Source: the human T2T-CHM13v2.0 reference genome, Homo sapiens. Taken from it: a DNA stretch of 64,000 nucleotides. Made by a program: the position numbers and the translations under genes. Below the pieces are notes generated by a model that had not been told where the DNA came from, did not search any database, and saw only the letters and a program-made list of their open reading frames with translations. Shown here one piece after another: positions 13,356 to 25,319 of the stretch; position 1 is the first letter of the stretch, and each line of letters starts with the position of its first letter. The stretch lies in the NCBI RefSeq assembly GCF_009914755.1, contig NC_060935.1. The stretch is one strand, 5' to 3'.

Positions 13356-13480
13356 TGAGCTATGTAAACCTAGTCGATTTTGTGAGCTATGTAAAGTCAG
13401 TCAATTTTGTGAGCTATGTAAAGCCAGTCAATTCGTGTGTGAATTTTTGGGAGCTATGTAAAGCCAGTCAATTCACGTGT
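13356..13480 (+). repeat. 27-bp minisatellite, 4 copies
   Basis: Unit TGAGCTATGTAAAGCCAGTCAATTTTG; copies start at 13356, 13383, 13410, 13450. Confidence 0.9.
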
Positions 13481-13879
13481 CCTGTCTGAACTGTAGAATA
13501 GTTGCTAGATTGTGTATAAACAAGCAATGAGATCTCTGCTTCTCTTGTTCACCATCAGAGTCTATCATCTAAAATAGGGCCTGTAGAGAAAAGAATACAA
13601 TAGCCATCTAAGGAGTTAAATACCTACCTGCAGGGGTTGTGATGATGGCTGAATTAGATAACATATTTAAGACTTTGTGTTGTACCAGGTAAAAACTAGT
13701 TGCTCAATTAGCGTCATTTCCTCTCTCCCCTACTTCCTCCATGCTATAACATCTAAATTTATATCCTTTATCCAGTGTGTCTCTTTATACACAGGCTCAA
13801 TGTTAACTAAATTTATCTTTTTGGTGTGTTCTTCTTGGTGAACATCAGTATATGTGTAATAGAAGTGCAGCTTCCAGAA

Positions 13880-14260
13880 GACTGTTGCCTCATTTACTGG
13901 TAGCTACAGCATGCCAGGCACCAGATCTAGAGGGTTAGAGAGATCAACAGAGCATAAGTATTGACCTTGAACAGCTGACAACTAAATGGGAATGATTGTC
14001 CATTCTATTTCCATGTGTTGTTTGCATTAAAGGAATATCCAAGTTCTAATGAGCCCACAGGGGATGGAGAGACCCGGCACAGCTCGGAAGGTCAAGAAGG
14101 CCTCAGAGTTAGCTTTTGAGATGAGCCTTGAAGCTGCATAAATTTTTCCAAGTGCCTAACAGGTCACTAGCCTTCCAACACACCATGTAGCACCTGAAGA
14201 GACAAGAAGAGAGAAATGAGCATGTCTTCAGAACTGCACTGTGAACTTCTAGGTGCTTGA
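13880..14260 (-). mobile_element. L2 fragment
   Basis: 'catttactgg...atgccaggcacc...ttagcttttgagatgagccttgaag' reverse L2 3' region. Confidence 0.55.
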
Positions 14261-17200
14261 TACATGAAGACAGTGACAATGTTAAGTGCCATTTTCCAGA
14301 CGCTCCCATGGGTAAAACTTCTGTAACTAAGCAATCTTTTCTTCTCTTAGCTGCTGACATCTCAGAAATGTGGCGACATCTTGAGGTTTTCTTCTATGAA
14401 CTTCTGTGAAACCTTATGCTGCCTTTGGTGACACAGAACCCTAACCTATCCTTTCCTCAAATTCCCAGCTGACCCAAATGTACCCCCTATTTTAGCACCC
14501 ACATTTATCAGCTCCCTCTACTTCTCACAATCCCCCCTACTTCCACTAGTGAGTTAGTTCAAGAGCCTAAGTGTCTCCAGGTAGCAGAGACATTCAGAGC
14601 ACACCATTGTCTATATCAATGCAGGATTTCCTGAAAACCAGGGAGGGAGGGAAGGAAGAAAGAGCCTCTGGGTGAGGAGGTGTGCAGCCTGGCTCTTTGT
14701 CAAGTCTTTGTCCCACGTGAGAGTCGGTGCTAATTTCCCTGGTTGCTTAGGCTTGAGCCCTGTAGTATGTCTGACCTACACCCAGATCCTCTAGGGATGT
14801 AAGCACAGTGATTCCCAAAACAATCCAAAATACGAGGCCCATAGCCTGGAGAACATGTCCCTGGTGCCCCTTCCTCTGGACGCCTTCCTTGCCCACATGG
14901 TTGCCAGTTACGCTGCCTCCCAGGGAGCTGAGGATGAACACGTGACTTCTCTTAGCAGAGTGAACGTATCTCCTACCTTAAGTCTCTTGTGTGTCCTACT
15001 TGTGAGCCAGTTGAAAGGCTGCCATTTTCTCCAGAGACTCCTCTCTACATCAAGACCATGTAACCATGCAGGAAGAAATCAATCTTCTTTTCTAGCTAAC
15101 ATGTTCCATTACCTCCCCTGTTTTCAAAACTTCCCATAAAGTGGCAGTCTCCTCTCTGAAGGCTACTCTTTTAGACAGGAAATACGCAGGGATAGCATCA
15201 CTTCCAGAGAAACAAGAGAACAGACTGATAGATCAGAACACCAGATAATGTCTTCCCTTTCTTGGCAACGGTACATATCCCTAACCTCTTTCCCAAGACC
15301 CACAGAAGAGCAGGGTCTCTCCTGAAGGGCAACAGGACACTGATCCACTGTCTTGTAAAGGAAGTTGTGTTCAGTGATTTTCTGATTAGGGAGAACGTTG
15401 CTACAACCAGCACCAGAGGAAAGCTGTCTGGTGATCAAAGACCTTGGGGGTTTGCCTGGGCTACTTTTGGAGGCTGCCCAAAGCCTGCTAGCAGCTCCCA
15501 CATGAGCTGGGGAGAGGCTCTGCTTCCCTCTACTCCAGCACAGCTTCCCCTAATTCTGAACTTTCAGAGAAGCACAGGTTCGAGCGCTCTCCCTTGCCCA
15601 GTCCTTCATCAGCTGGTGCCCGTAGCCCTGCATCATCCTGGTAACAGTTGGTAAACGAGTCCCAGTCTAGCCGCTTATGCAGGATGGTTGTGCAGTAAGA
15701 ACCTTCATCCTTATGGCAGGCACATTAATGCCAAGTTTGCTCATTCTAATTAATAACAGTTAGTAAACACCAAAGAGAGCTAATGATGATTACAGGCCAC
15801 AGCTCCTGCATGTTAGCAAACACACCAGGCAGGTGGCCTCTCGTCTCTTCCCAGGAAAGAGGCTAGGTCCTCTTCTTGCAGAGATGTCTTGCCTCCTCAA
15901 GGCCCCTACCACCATATTTAGCAAATCTTGGGTTACTTCTCAGCCTGGAAAAGACCAAGATGCATGCAGGTCAGTCCCATGGAATGGATCATGGGCTGAC
16001 TTCAAGATTAGAGGACTAAAGAAGCAGGACCTTTGATCTTTTAGGGTTTCCAGACATCTCTTTCTGGCACTTGGAATAAAACAAATTTTTCTTATTTAAA
16101 AAATATTTTTTCCAATTTCAAAGTAATACAATTTGCTTCAAAAAATTAAAATACTACAGAAGCATATAAGAAGAAAGGGTGAGTCTCCCTTCGTCCTCTG
16201 GGGAAGTGGGATTCAGTGCCTGGTTCGTTTGTCTACAGTTCTCATCTCCCCTACCTCCTCTTCTTTCTCCAGCTCATATTTCTATTCCTGGTACACAAAG
16301 CTTCCCATTCTACTACCAAATTATCCCTGTTGTGAATCCTTTATTCCCCATTTGGCTAAGCCTTTACTCATCCTCTATCCCTAGATATTTTTTTTTTCTG
16401 ACTCAAGGATTCTGCCTATGGTAATATTTTCTGTGACCCTGAAGGCAAAATGAGAGTTCAACTCCATGGTGGCACTAGGATATCTCATCTTGGAATGTTT
16501 TCTTCTCTGAGTTCCAGGGGTTGTGGCAGTTAAACATAATTACATCCACTTCCCGTCATTCAGATATGAACCTAAAGTTGGAGAATGTTTTATTTCCTGC
16601 TCCGCAGCCCTGGGCATACAAGGACCTGTGAAGAGTGGACGTGTGAGTCTGACAGAGCCTCCTGGGGGCGCCGCTTGCTCTATGTTTTGAGCCCTCCAGG
16701 CGAATCTCTGGTCATCGAATCAGATAACTTGATAGCAGTGGGTGGAGGTGGTTTGAGGAATAGGACAGGCCACGGTGGTTTCAGAATCTTACCAATAGCT
16801 TGATCATTTTCGGAAGGACCCCAGACCCCTCTCAATCTGTCATTATTTTTGTTGTTCTTGTTAATCCCATCCTTCTTTTTACGAAAATTTAGCCCACGGG
16901 GCTGCAAGGGTAATATGTCTTCTATCACTGTCACTGCAATTCAGGTAATATTTTCTTTCTCGCTGGACTATTAACTGTATCCCACTGGAACCCATTCTCT
17001 GAGAGTTTAAGAATGAAAAGAATGTAAATAAACAGTGAAAATGGGTATCATTTCTAAGGATGTTTATAAAGTGATCCAAGCAGATACTCAGGTATAACCA
17101 GAATGGCTTATCTTACCATCTTTTTAAATGCATGATACCTTTTCCCTCTGTTTCTTTGTCTTTTTCTTTTTCTTTTTTCTTGAGTCTGTCTCCTTTTCTG

Positions 17201-17334
17201 TGTATTAGCTTTTCCTCCATTTTTTTCTCCTTGATGACTTTTTCTCTCTCAGCTTTCTCATTCTCTTTCCTTTCCTTTTAGTCACAATAAAGAATTGAAG
17301 GGCATTTTCAAGTTTGGTTTGGTTCATTAAATGC

Positions 17335-17760
17335 ATACATCCAGATGTATGGATTTATTCATCCATACATCTATCCATCCACCCATTTATTCCACCAGCA
17401 TTCACTGAGCATCAGTCTTCTTGACATCAGTCTCTTTGCTAGGTTCTCAGAATAGAGAGCTGAACAGTTGATCCCTGCTCTCAAGCCATACTGAATCAAC
17501 AAAGGGAGAGAGACATGAAATCAAAGAAACTATTAAATCCATGAAGGACACAATGGGAGTTTTAAGAAGGTGATGAGCAGGTCTATGGGGACATATTAGC
17601 GAAACTTCCTAAAGCAAGTGACCTTTGGGCTAAATATGAAACTGAGTTGAAGGTGTCGTCAAGTAGAGGAGGGGCAGGGGCCTGGGGAGAAGATAGATTT
17701 TTCGGCAGAGGGACCTGCAGTGCCTTCATGCAAAGAACATTTGAATATCCGAGCATTATC
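17335..17760 (-). mobile_element. L2 fragment with (TCCA/TTCA)n tail
   Basis: 'cagcattcactgagcatc...ccctgctctcaag...aacttcctaaagcaagtgacctttgggct...ggcagagggacctgcag'. Confidence 0.65.
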
Positions 17761-19218
17761 TAACCTGTCTGGGAGGGTTACAGTGACGCTTGACTCAGGG
17801 AATAACTGCTGACTTTGTTCATCAGAACCCAGCTGTTTATGGGTAGTCAGCTTAGAAAGTGGGAGGGGGACCTTTACATGTTACCTAATACACTGCTGTG
17901 GAATTTGAATTTTTATACTGTGAGCATCATTTACTTTTATCGAAAGAAACACTAATAATTTATAGCCTCATGCACCATGTTCCAGTGTCAGGTCTTTTCC
18001 TTTTAGCAAGCAGAGAGATAGGAAAGGTTTGAAGCGGGGCAATTGCATGCTTCAAGTTTTGTGACTGAAGCTTTGTTTCCTATCCCTTCGCTTTAAAATA
18101 GGTTGAGTATAAGCTTTCTGTATGCATCTGTAACAAACTAAACCCGGTTCTTCTTTGCCTCAAAATAACCCTGGATTGATTTTATCTTTCTCTTGGTCCG
18201 TGATCCTTGATACAAACAAGGTTCCCACGGCCCCGTTAGCCATTCCACTCTATCCCTGGCCACTGTCCTGTTTCCCTGGCATCCCATCGCAAGAGACCTG
18301 CTTTTACTTTCACATTCTGCACAGCAGGGATTTCTGCAAAAACTGAAAAATTGCCTATCAATCCCTGGTCAAAGTCAACTATGTCATGTTCTGGGACTCA
18401 GGAGGACAGCCTGTGCTTACCTTCCTGCACTCCACTGGTGCACCAAGCTGTCCTGCTCCTCTCCTTCAGAGCTTTTCCATTTGACTTCACCTTGTTCCCG
18501 AGCAGTGAGAGAGACCCAGCAGCCTCTGCAGCTGCCTGGACCACTGGGGGAATGTAAATGGAGCAACCACATAAACGAGGAGTGACAAGCACCACGCTGA
18601 GCTCTCTGCAAAGCTGCCCAGTGACCCTAGGAGGGAATGAGAAATAAATTAGCCTTGGGGTTTGTGAGGAAAGCAGGAGGCCCGGAAAACTCTTCCTCTT
18701 TCTTTCCATTGCTTCTCAAACTGTACCTTTTGTGTCCTTCTAAATCCATCTACCAGGCCTCAGGAGCCCGCAGGTGTTCCCCCAGGCTAGGCTGTCTTTT
18801 CCTTGTCCCTAAACCCCCTGAGTTCCTTCCCTCCCTTTCCATCATGCCTCTGAGTTACTGTTCTATGGTGCCCTCCTCCAACCTCCTCTTCCAAGAAGCC
18901 CTCTGTGGTGACCAGAGCAAGGTCAGAGACAGAACCAGATCCATGCACATATGTGACTTTCCACAGGTCAGAATTTTATTGATGTTATTTCAGCCATGAC
19001 CTACATGGAGTTTCCAAGGTGGTAATTATTCTTACTATGTCTCATTCACTGGGTAGTCAGAGGCGTGAGCACACAGGCCCTAGCTGACCCACAAGTCAGT
19101 GAATGTTGCAAACTATATATAGTAGGATACTTAATCATTATATAAATGTTATAGATTAACATTTCCACATCAAACAAAGTAACATTTAACAAAAAGAGAA
19201 AAGGGGGTAGGAAAAAGG

Positions 19219-19605
19219 GGTTAATGAGCCAATCCCAGGAGAGCGCCTTGGACAGAGAGAGAATGCTGGCCTGATCCAGACGATCTTCAACGTCTTGCAC
19301 GGGAAGAGACTTTGAGGTGGGCAGAGCCTTCGGTGGCAGATGCCAGGCGCTAACCGTGGGTGACAGTGGGATGGCGTTCAGTGAAATGGTTTTGTGGACG
19401 GTGAAGTCCTGCTCTTCTTAGAGTCCTTGTCCTCTCTGGTAAGAGGTGATGTAAAGTGTGTGTCTGGTTATGCCCTTGTCAGGTTGAGGTAGTTTCTGTT
19501 GATTAGGTGAATGTCTGGTCCTGTTGGTATGAAGCCTTTTGAGATGTAAGATGGAGTTCTTTTCTAAGATGGAGTCACTTACGTCAAGAGTGACTATACT
19601 ATACA
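19219..19605 (-). mobile_element. Solo ERV LTR (LTR47-like)
   Basis: Minus strand begins TGTATAG...cttgacgtaagtgactccatcttagaaaagaactccatctta, with the duplicated ACTCCATCTT typical of this LTR group; ~390 bp; subfamily from memory. Confidence 0.6.
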
Positions 19606-19879
19606 CCCTCTCAAAGAGTTCGCTTTTAGTTCTCTCCTAGTCCCCTCCTAGTCCCCGCAACTCCAACAGACTTGGATCCTGCACATCAATCTTATCTCCC
19701 TTTTTGAAAATCCTTGAAGGGGAGCCAGGATTGATAAATCTTTGGCATCTCTCAAACCTCATAGCACAGTGCTAGGCAGTAGGTGGCTGATTACCCAATG
19801 CCTAGGAGGCGTCCGAATAAGATTGCAAGCTTGTTTTCAATCATACCAAGAAGAGCAGGAACTTGCAAGGAGACAGAGG

Positions 19880-20080
19880 AGCTCAAACTCATCATCTACC
19901 ACATACTAATTAGGTGACCTTAGGCAAGTTCCTGAATTTCAATGAGCTGCTGTTTCCAGAACTGTGAAATAGGGATAATAATACTTCTCTGGGAATTTTA
20001 GTCACTGTTAAATTAGATATGCAAAGCAAGTAACACAGGGCTTAGATTTTACTTGGTAGTTAATAAATCTTAGTTTCTTT
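19880..20080 (+). mobile_element. MIR
   Basis: 'ggtgaccttaggcaagttcctgaattt...ctgtgaaatagggataataata'. Confidence 0.75.
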
Positions 20081-21159
20081 TCCTTCTTTAATCTTAGCAA
20101 GAATTTTTCCCTTTGGCCACAAGCATGTTTTGCCTCCACCACCACTCTCCCCTTGTGCATTTTTCCAAGTCGATCTTATCCAGGAAAAAAACATCCCCCA
20201 GGCAGTACATCCAGGTGATGCCTCAAGGAATGAGTCAAGAAAGGCATAAAAATTATTATTTTTTTAAAAAGCCTATCTCCCTAGAAAGGAGGGGTGAAGC
20301 CTGATCATCTTTTTTTTATATTCAGAGTTCTTTCTTCTCCCCAGAGACTCAGAGCTATATAAATGTAAAGTTATAATAATTATGATAACATTTACATTAA
20401 ATGTGATGCTGACAAGGCTTTATGAGATACAAAAGTTTGCTGATTCCCACTGGAATGGATAGAGCAGAGTCTGCCTTCCCCATCCTGACTTCTTTCTATT
20501 CCGATCCAGAAAGACTGCCTGTGGGGAGGGTGAGGGAGAAGGTGTGAGACTGACAAGTGTTGCTTTATTTATTTATGTGATATCTATCAAATGCACCCAT
20601 TGCCTCCAGGTCTCTTAGTATATCTAAATCCAGCAGTTAGCACGTACATGGAATGAAAAGAAACAAGCCCACAGCAAACTTCCACTATGAACCAAATATT
20701 TAAGGTCAGTTACCAAATACCTGGGAATTGGGGACACTGAGACAGAAAGGATAGCAATGAGGAAACTACAATAATAAAGAACTTTATAGCCAGTGACAAG
20801 ATTACACTCAAACCTGGGGGTCCTGGGAGGCAGAATTCACAGCTTATACATCCTTATTTTATGTAGGGTGTTTGTGCATATGCCATCAGTAAAAGTAGGA
20901 ATGAATGAATGAATGAACGAACTACAGACAGAAAAGCTCCTCATCTCCACCATTTACTACACTTTTTAGTTCCCCACAAGCGATATCAAGAAAACATAGA
21001 AACAGTTTAGAGGCCGGCTGGGGAAGAAAGCTGTATCTTTTTCTGGAATATCCTCAGATCCCATTCTGGAGTTTGACAGCAGAAGCATGGAGGCATAGAA
21101 GCTGAGGCCACTATTGGGAAGGGACCTTGTGTTTATCTGAGATGGTACCTGTGAGAACT

Positions 21160-21192
21160 TGACTCAGCATATTGCAATAAATTGAGTCAGCA
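21160..21192 (+). promoter_or_regulatory. Tandem ARE/MARE-like (NRF2/BACH-sMAF/AP-1) sites
   Basis: TGACTCAGCA at 21160-21169 and TGAGTCAGCA at 21183-21192, both followed by A/T runs. Confidence 0.45.
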
Positions 21193-22086
21193 AAAATTAT
21201 GTCTAGGGTCACACCCTATATAGAAGAAACCCCAGGCACAAAATTTTTTTTAATTTTTGAATTAAATTTTTTTAAAAATTGTAATTAAAATTAAAAATTT
21301 TTTAGACAGAAGGAGAGAAAGAGTCAAAGGGTTGTCAACTGCCTACAAGATGTGGGGCACTAAACTAAATCTTTCATACATATTATCCCACAATGACACC
21401 ATGGAGTAATGATTATATCTTTAATTTCTCTGGAAAACATCAACAACAAAACAAAACGCCCTGTGCTCCAAGGAAGGGAACTAGCCCGCCCAAGCCACAA
21501 GGGGCTGTGCTTTCTGGGACCCACAGCTCTTTGCCCCATGTGTTCAGGTGTCTTCGATCCTCAGAAAGGGTTTTCAGTCAGAGATAGATTCATTGTATTG
21601 GAGGTTATTCAAAGCTATTACATGCAGCCTTTAAAAGATCTTCATTAGTGGAGAGGCTGGGGAAAAAATAAAATATTCACATGAGGAAATTAAATTCTGC
21701 CCCAAAGATGATTAACATCCTAACACTTAGTTCCATCTTTCAAGTGACAAACCACGATTCGAGGTGATGTCTCTTTCCCGTGCCCACGTGTGCATATCTG
21801 TATTATGCTAGTACAGCTAAGGGTGTGGTGACTTGCATTTCACGTCCTGCAGGGCGGACTCAGGCACAAACACTCAGTGTTTACATTGCTCAGGGGAGGC
21901 ATGAGGCTCTGGGATGAGAATCGCATGAGAATCATGGCATGAGAATCAAGGATCTGTACTGGCAAAAGAAGCTGGAATAATAACAGGATGACAAGAAGAA
22001 CAATAGATAACGACATTAAATGTTTACTATGTGCCAAGCACAGTTCTGAACACCTTACGTGAAATGTGTTAATTAAGCCTCAAAAA

Positions 22087-22717
22087 TTGGGAGGATTGCT
22101 TGAGCCCAGGAGTTTGAGACCAGCTGGCCAACATAGCAAGACCCCACCTCTACAAAAAATTTAAAAATTAGCTGAGTGTGGTGGCATGCACCTGTAGTCC
22201 TGGTGACAGGGTTTGAGACTGTGTCGCTGCCCAAATCTCATGTCAAATTGGAATCCCCAGTGTTGGAAGTGGGGTCTGCTGAAAGGTAATTGGATCATAG
22301 AGGTGAATTTCCCCCTTGGTGCTGTTCTTGGCATAGTGGGTGCGTTATCATGAGATCTGTTTGTTTCAAGGTATGCAGCACCTCCTTCTCTCTCTTCCTC
22401 CTGCTCTGGCCATGCAAGACCTGCCTTCTTCCCCTTCGCCTTCTGCCATGATTGTTAATTTTCTGAATCCTCCTTGGCCATGCTTCCTGTACAGCCTGTG
22501 GAACCATGAGCCAATTAACCCTTTTTTTCTTTATAAATTACCCAGTTTCAGGTATTTCTTCATAGCATTGTGAAAACAGACTAATACACCTAGCTATTCC
22601 AGAGGCTGAGATGAGACGATCCTTTGAGCCCAGGAGCTTGAAGCTGTAATAAGCTAAGATCATGCCACTGCATTTTAGCCTGGGCAATAGAGCAATACCC
22701 TGTCTATTTAAAAAAAT
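22087..22717 (+). mobile_element. 5'-truncated AluJ interrupted by an LTR
   Basis: 'gggaggattgcttgagcccaggagtttgag...ctgtagtcc|ctagctatt...gccactgcattttagcctgggc'; TSD CCTCAAAAA at 22078-22086 and 22720-22728. Confidence 0.88.
22204..22588 (+). mobile_element. MSTA-like ERVL-MaLR solo LTR
   Basis: TG...CA termini ('tgacagggtttg...cccaaatctcat' to 'gaaaacagactaataca'); 5-bp TSD CCTGG/CCTAG; 385 bp. Confidence 0.9.
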
Positions 22718-22899
22718 ACCCTCAAAAAACAGCCCTTAACAGACACTGTTCTGCCTCTTTTCTACACGAAGTTACCGAGACTTCCAAGTGTTACGTAGTT
22801 TGTTAATGCTGTTGCCCTGCTGGCTGTGGATGAGCCTAGATGCAGACCCGCTGACTCTCCACCATTTGCATTTAATTTTTTTTAAATTTAAGTTGTATT

Positions 22900-23040
22900 T
22901 TATGTTATTTTATTTGTTTTTTGTAGAGAAATGATCTCACTATGTTGCCCAGGCTGGACTTGAGCTCCTAGGCTCAAGCAATCCTTTTGCCTCTGCCTCT
23001 GCAGTAGCAGGGACCACAGGTGTGACACTGGTCCCAGCTC
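22900..23040 (-). mobile_element. Alu monomer (FLAM-like)
   Basis: Single arm 'ctcactatgttgcccaggctgg...ctcctaggctcaagcaatcc...ggaccacaggtgtg'. Confidence 0.75.
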
Positions 23041-24331
23041 AGCCCTTGCTTTTAGTCTGCACTCTACTTTGTACCATTTCATGGAGAGGAGAAAATGGGA
23101 GGACCCAAGGTGACCTTTAGAGAGCAGAGCAATCAGCAATCACTTTAGAAAGAAGATAATAGCTCCTAAAGGAAAACTTCTCAGGTAGCCAAGAGAACAT
23201 GGTGATCAGTTGGAAGTAAGCAAAAGAAGAAGAATGGACTTTGAGGGTGAAGGGAGCACATCTAGTGTGGAAACACTGGGAGAGGTTCCTCCAAAAAAAA
23301 AAAAAACGCACGATTGCAATGAACCTGGTATCTACTATGATCTCCCTCTTGGAATTCAATTCTCAGTGTACACAGAGACTCCAGGAAGCCTTGCAGCTGA
23401 AAACCCAATTTAGCATTGGTAAAACCAGTGTGTTTCAGACACATGAAATCATGAACCCACTGGTCCACCATTTTCTCTTTATACCTCTGTGAACATCCTT
23501 GTGTATGTTCAAGCATCCTTTACCCAGGAGACTGCCCTGTTGATAAATCACTTATCCACACGGGCTTTCTTCTGCCCTTGAGAGGATCGACACATGTTTT
23601 TGTGGAGAATTCAGGTGATTGCAGAGAAGCATGCAGGCCCAAAGTTATGGCCACAACAGCAAACCCTAGTCCTCAGGTAACTTAGAAGGCAGCCACATGA
23701 TGAACTATAGCAAAAAATTCCTTTTTGAGGTGAAACTGTCACATCCCACGTCAAGGCTACCACACACTGGGCATGGCAGAAAAGAGGCGCAGACCTCTTT
23801 GGCCATCCAACACAGTTCCACAGTTGGTAAGGTCCCTACAAGCACCATTAGACAATGCAGCAGACTGCAGCAAGCAAAAGATCTACATGTGCATTTTATA
23901 AAAGAGGACCCAAAAGGCCAAGTCACCATCACTAGGTAACACAGAGAGGCAAGTTAAGACCACAGTGGAATAAAAAGGCACACCCACCAGAATGAGGAAG
24001 GAAAGAAGGAAAAGAGCTGGAAGGGAGAGAGACAGGGTCAGGAAAGAAGAGGAAAAGAGAGAGAGAGGAAGAGAGAACAGAAAATAACCCTGCCAACATC
24101 GAGTGTTGATAACGACGTCATGTCATGGTAAGTATCACGCACGGCTGGAGATGGTGTAAAAGTGATGCTGTCAGTTTGGAAAACAGTTTGCCTTTATCTA
24201 CCAAAACTTAAGATATGCATGCCATATGGCCCAGAAATTATACTCCTGGTTGAAAGAAATGTGTGTACATAGGTACAAGGGGACCAGGGCAGGAATGTTT
24301 CTGGTAACCTTGTTTAAAGCAGCCTCAAGAG

Positions 24332-24393
24332 GCCACTGCACCTCCAGCCTGGGCGACAGAGCGAGACTCCGTCTCAAAAAAAAAAAAAAAAAA
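24332..24393 (+). mobile_element. Alu 3'-terminal stub (~45 bp + poly(A))
   Basis: gccactgcacctccagcctgggcgacagagcgagactccgtctc(A)18; CpGs intact, so young. Confidence 0.85.
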
Positions 24394-24404
24394 TACCCTC
24401 AAGA

Positions 24405-24711
<307 letters not shown>

Positions 24712-25319
24712 TCAAGGTAGAAACAGTGCCAATGTCCATCATAGAATGAAGACAGAGGTTGTGGTGTATTCATTCAACGGAACGTCAAACAGCATTGAAA
24801 ATTAGTACATTCAAACTACGTATCACAAAAAAGACTCACACAATCCAAACCAAGCTACAGTGGCCAGAAAAAGAACACATATTGCTTGACATTCCATAAC
24901 AGGCAAAATTAAACTCTTATGTTCAGGAATGGATGCTTAGGTGGTAAAACTTTAAAAAGGAAAAATCGAGGGCATGGTTATAATAAAAGTGAGCACAGGA
25001 GTTATGCTTTGTAAGGAAGGGGAATGTTTGATGGGGAAGGGGCAGGAGAGGCCATGAGGTCTTCTGGGAGCTGGCAATATTCTATTTCTTGTCTGGGTGG
25101 TGGTTACAAGGATCTTCAGTTTACAATAATCCATCAAGCTGCACATCTATATTGTGTGCACTTTTGATGTAGTGTATATTCTACCGGTTTTTAAAAAGAC
25201 TTAAGCAACCTGGATGAGAACACAGACCAACTGCACTCTCCAGAGCACGAGATGTGTGCTGGTCATGACTTACCACGCAGCTTCACCTGAGGACCCACAG
25301 ATTCCTGGCCTGCATGTCT

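Larger units (their letters stand above)
21990..22870 (-). mobile_element. MIR split by the AluJ/MSTA insertion
   Basis: 'tttactatgtgccaagcacagttctgaacaccttac...aagcctcaaaaa' resumes after 22728 as 'cagcccttaacagacactgttctgcctcttttctac...'. Confidence 0.7.

Noticed and set aside
13356-13480. CRISPR-like array (27-bp repeats)
   Set aside because: Repeats are head-to-tail without unique spacers, there are no cas genes, and the DNA is primate.
19238-19260. REST/RE1 site (AGCGCCTTGGACAG) in the LTR
   Set aside because: Lacks the TTC/TC of the left half and the 3' CGCC; weak match.
20451-20509. pre-miRNA-like hairpin
   Set aside because: Stem has many mismatches and bulges, a large loop, and no mature miRNA that I recognise.
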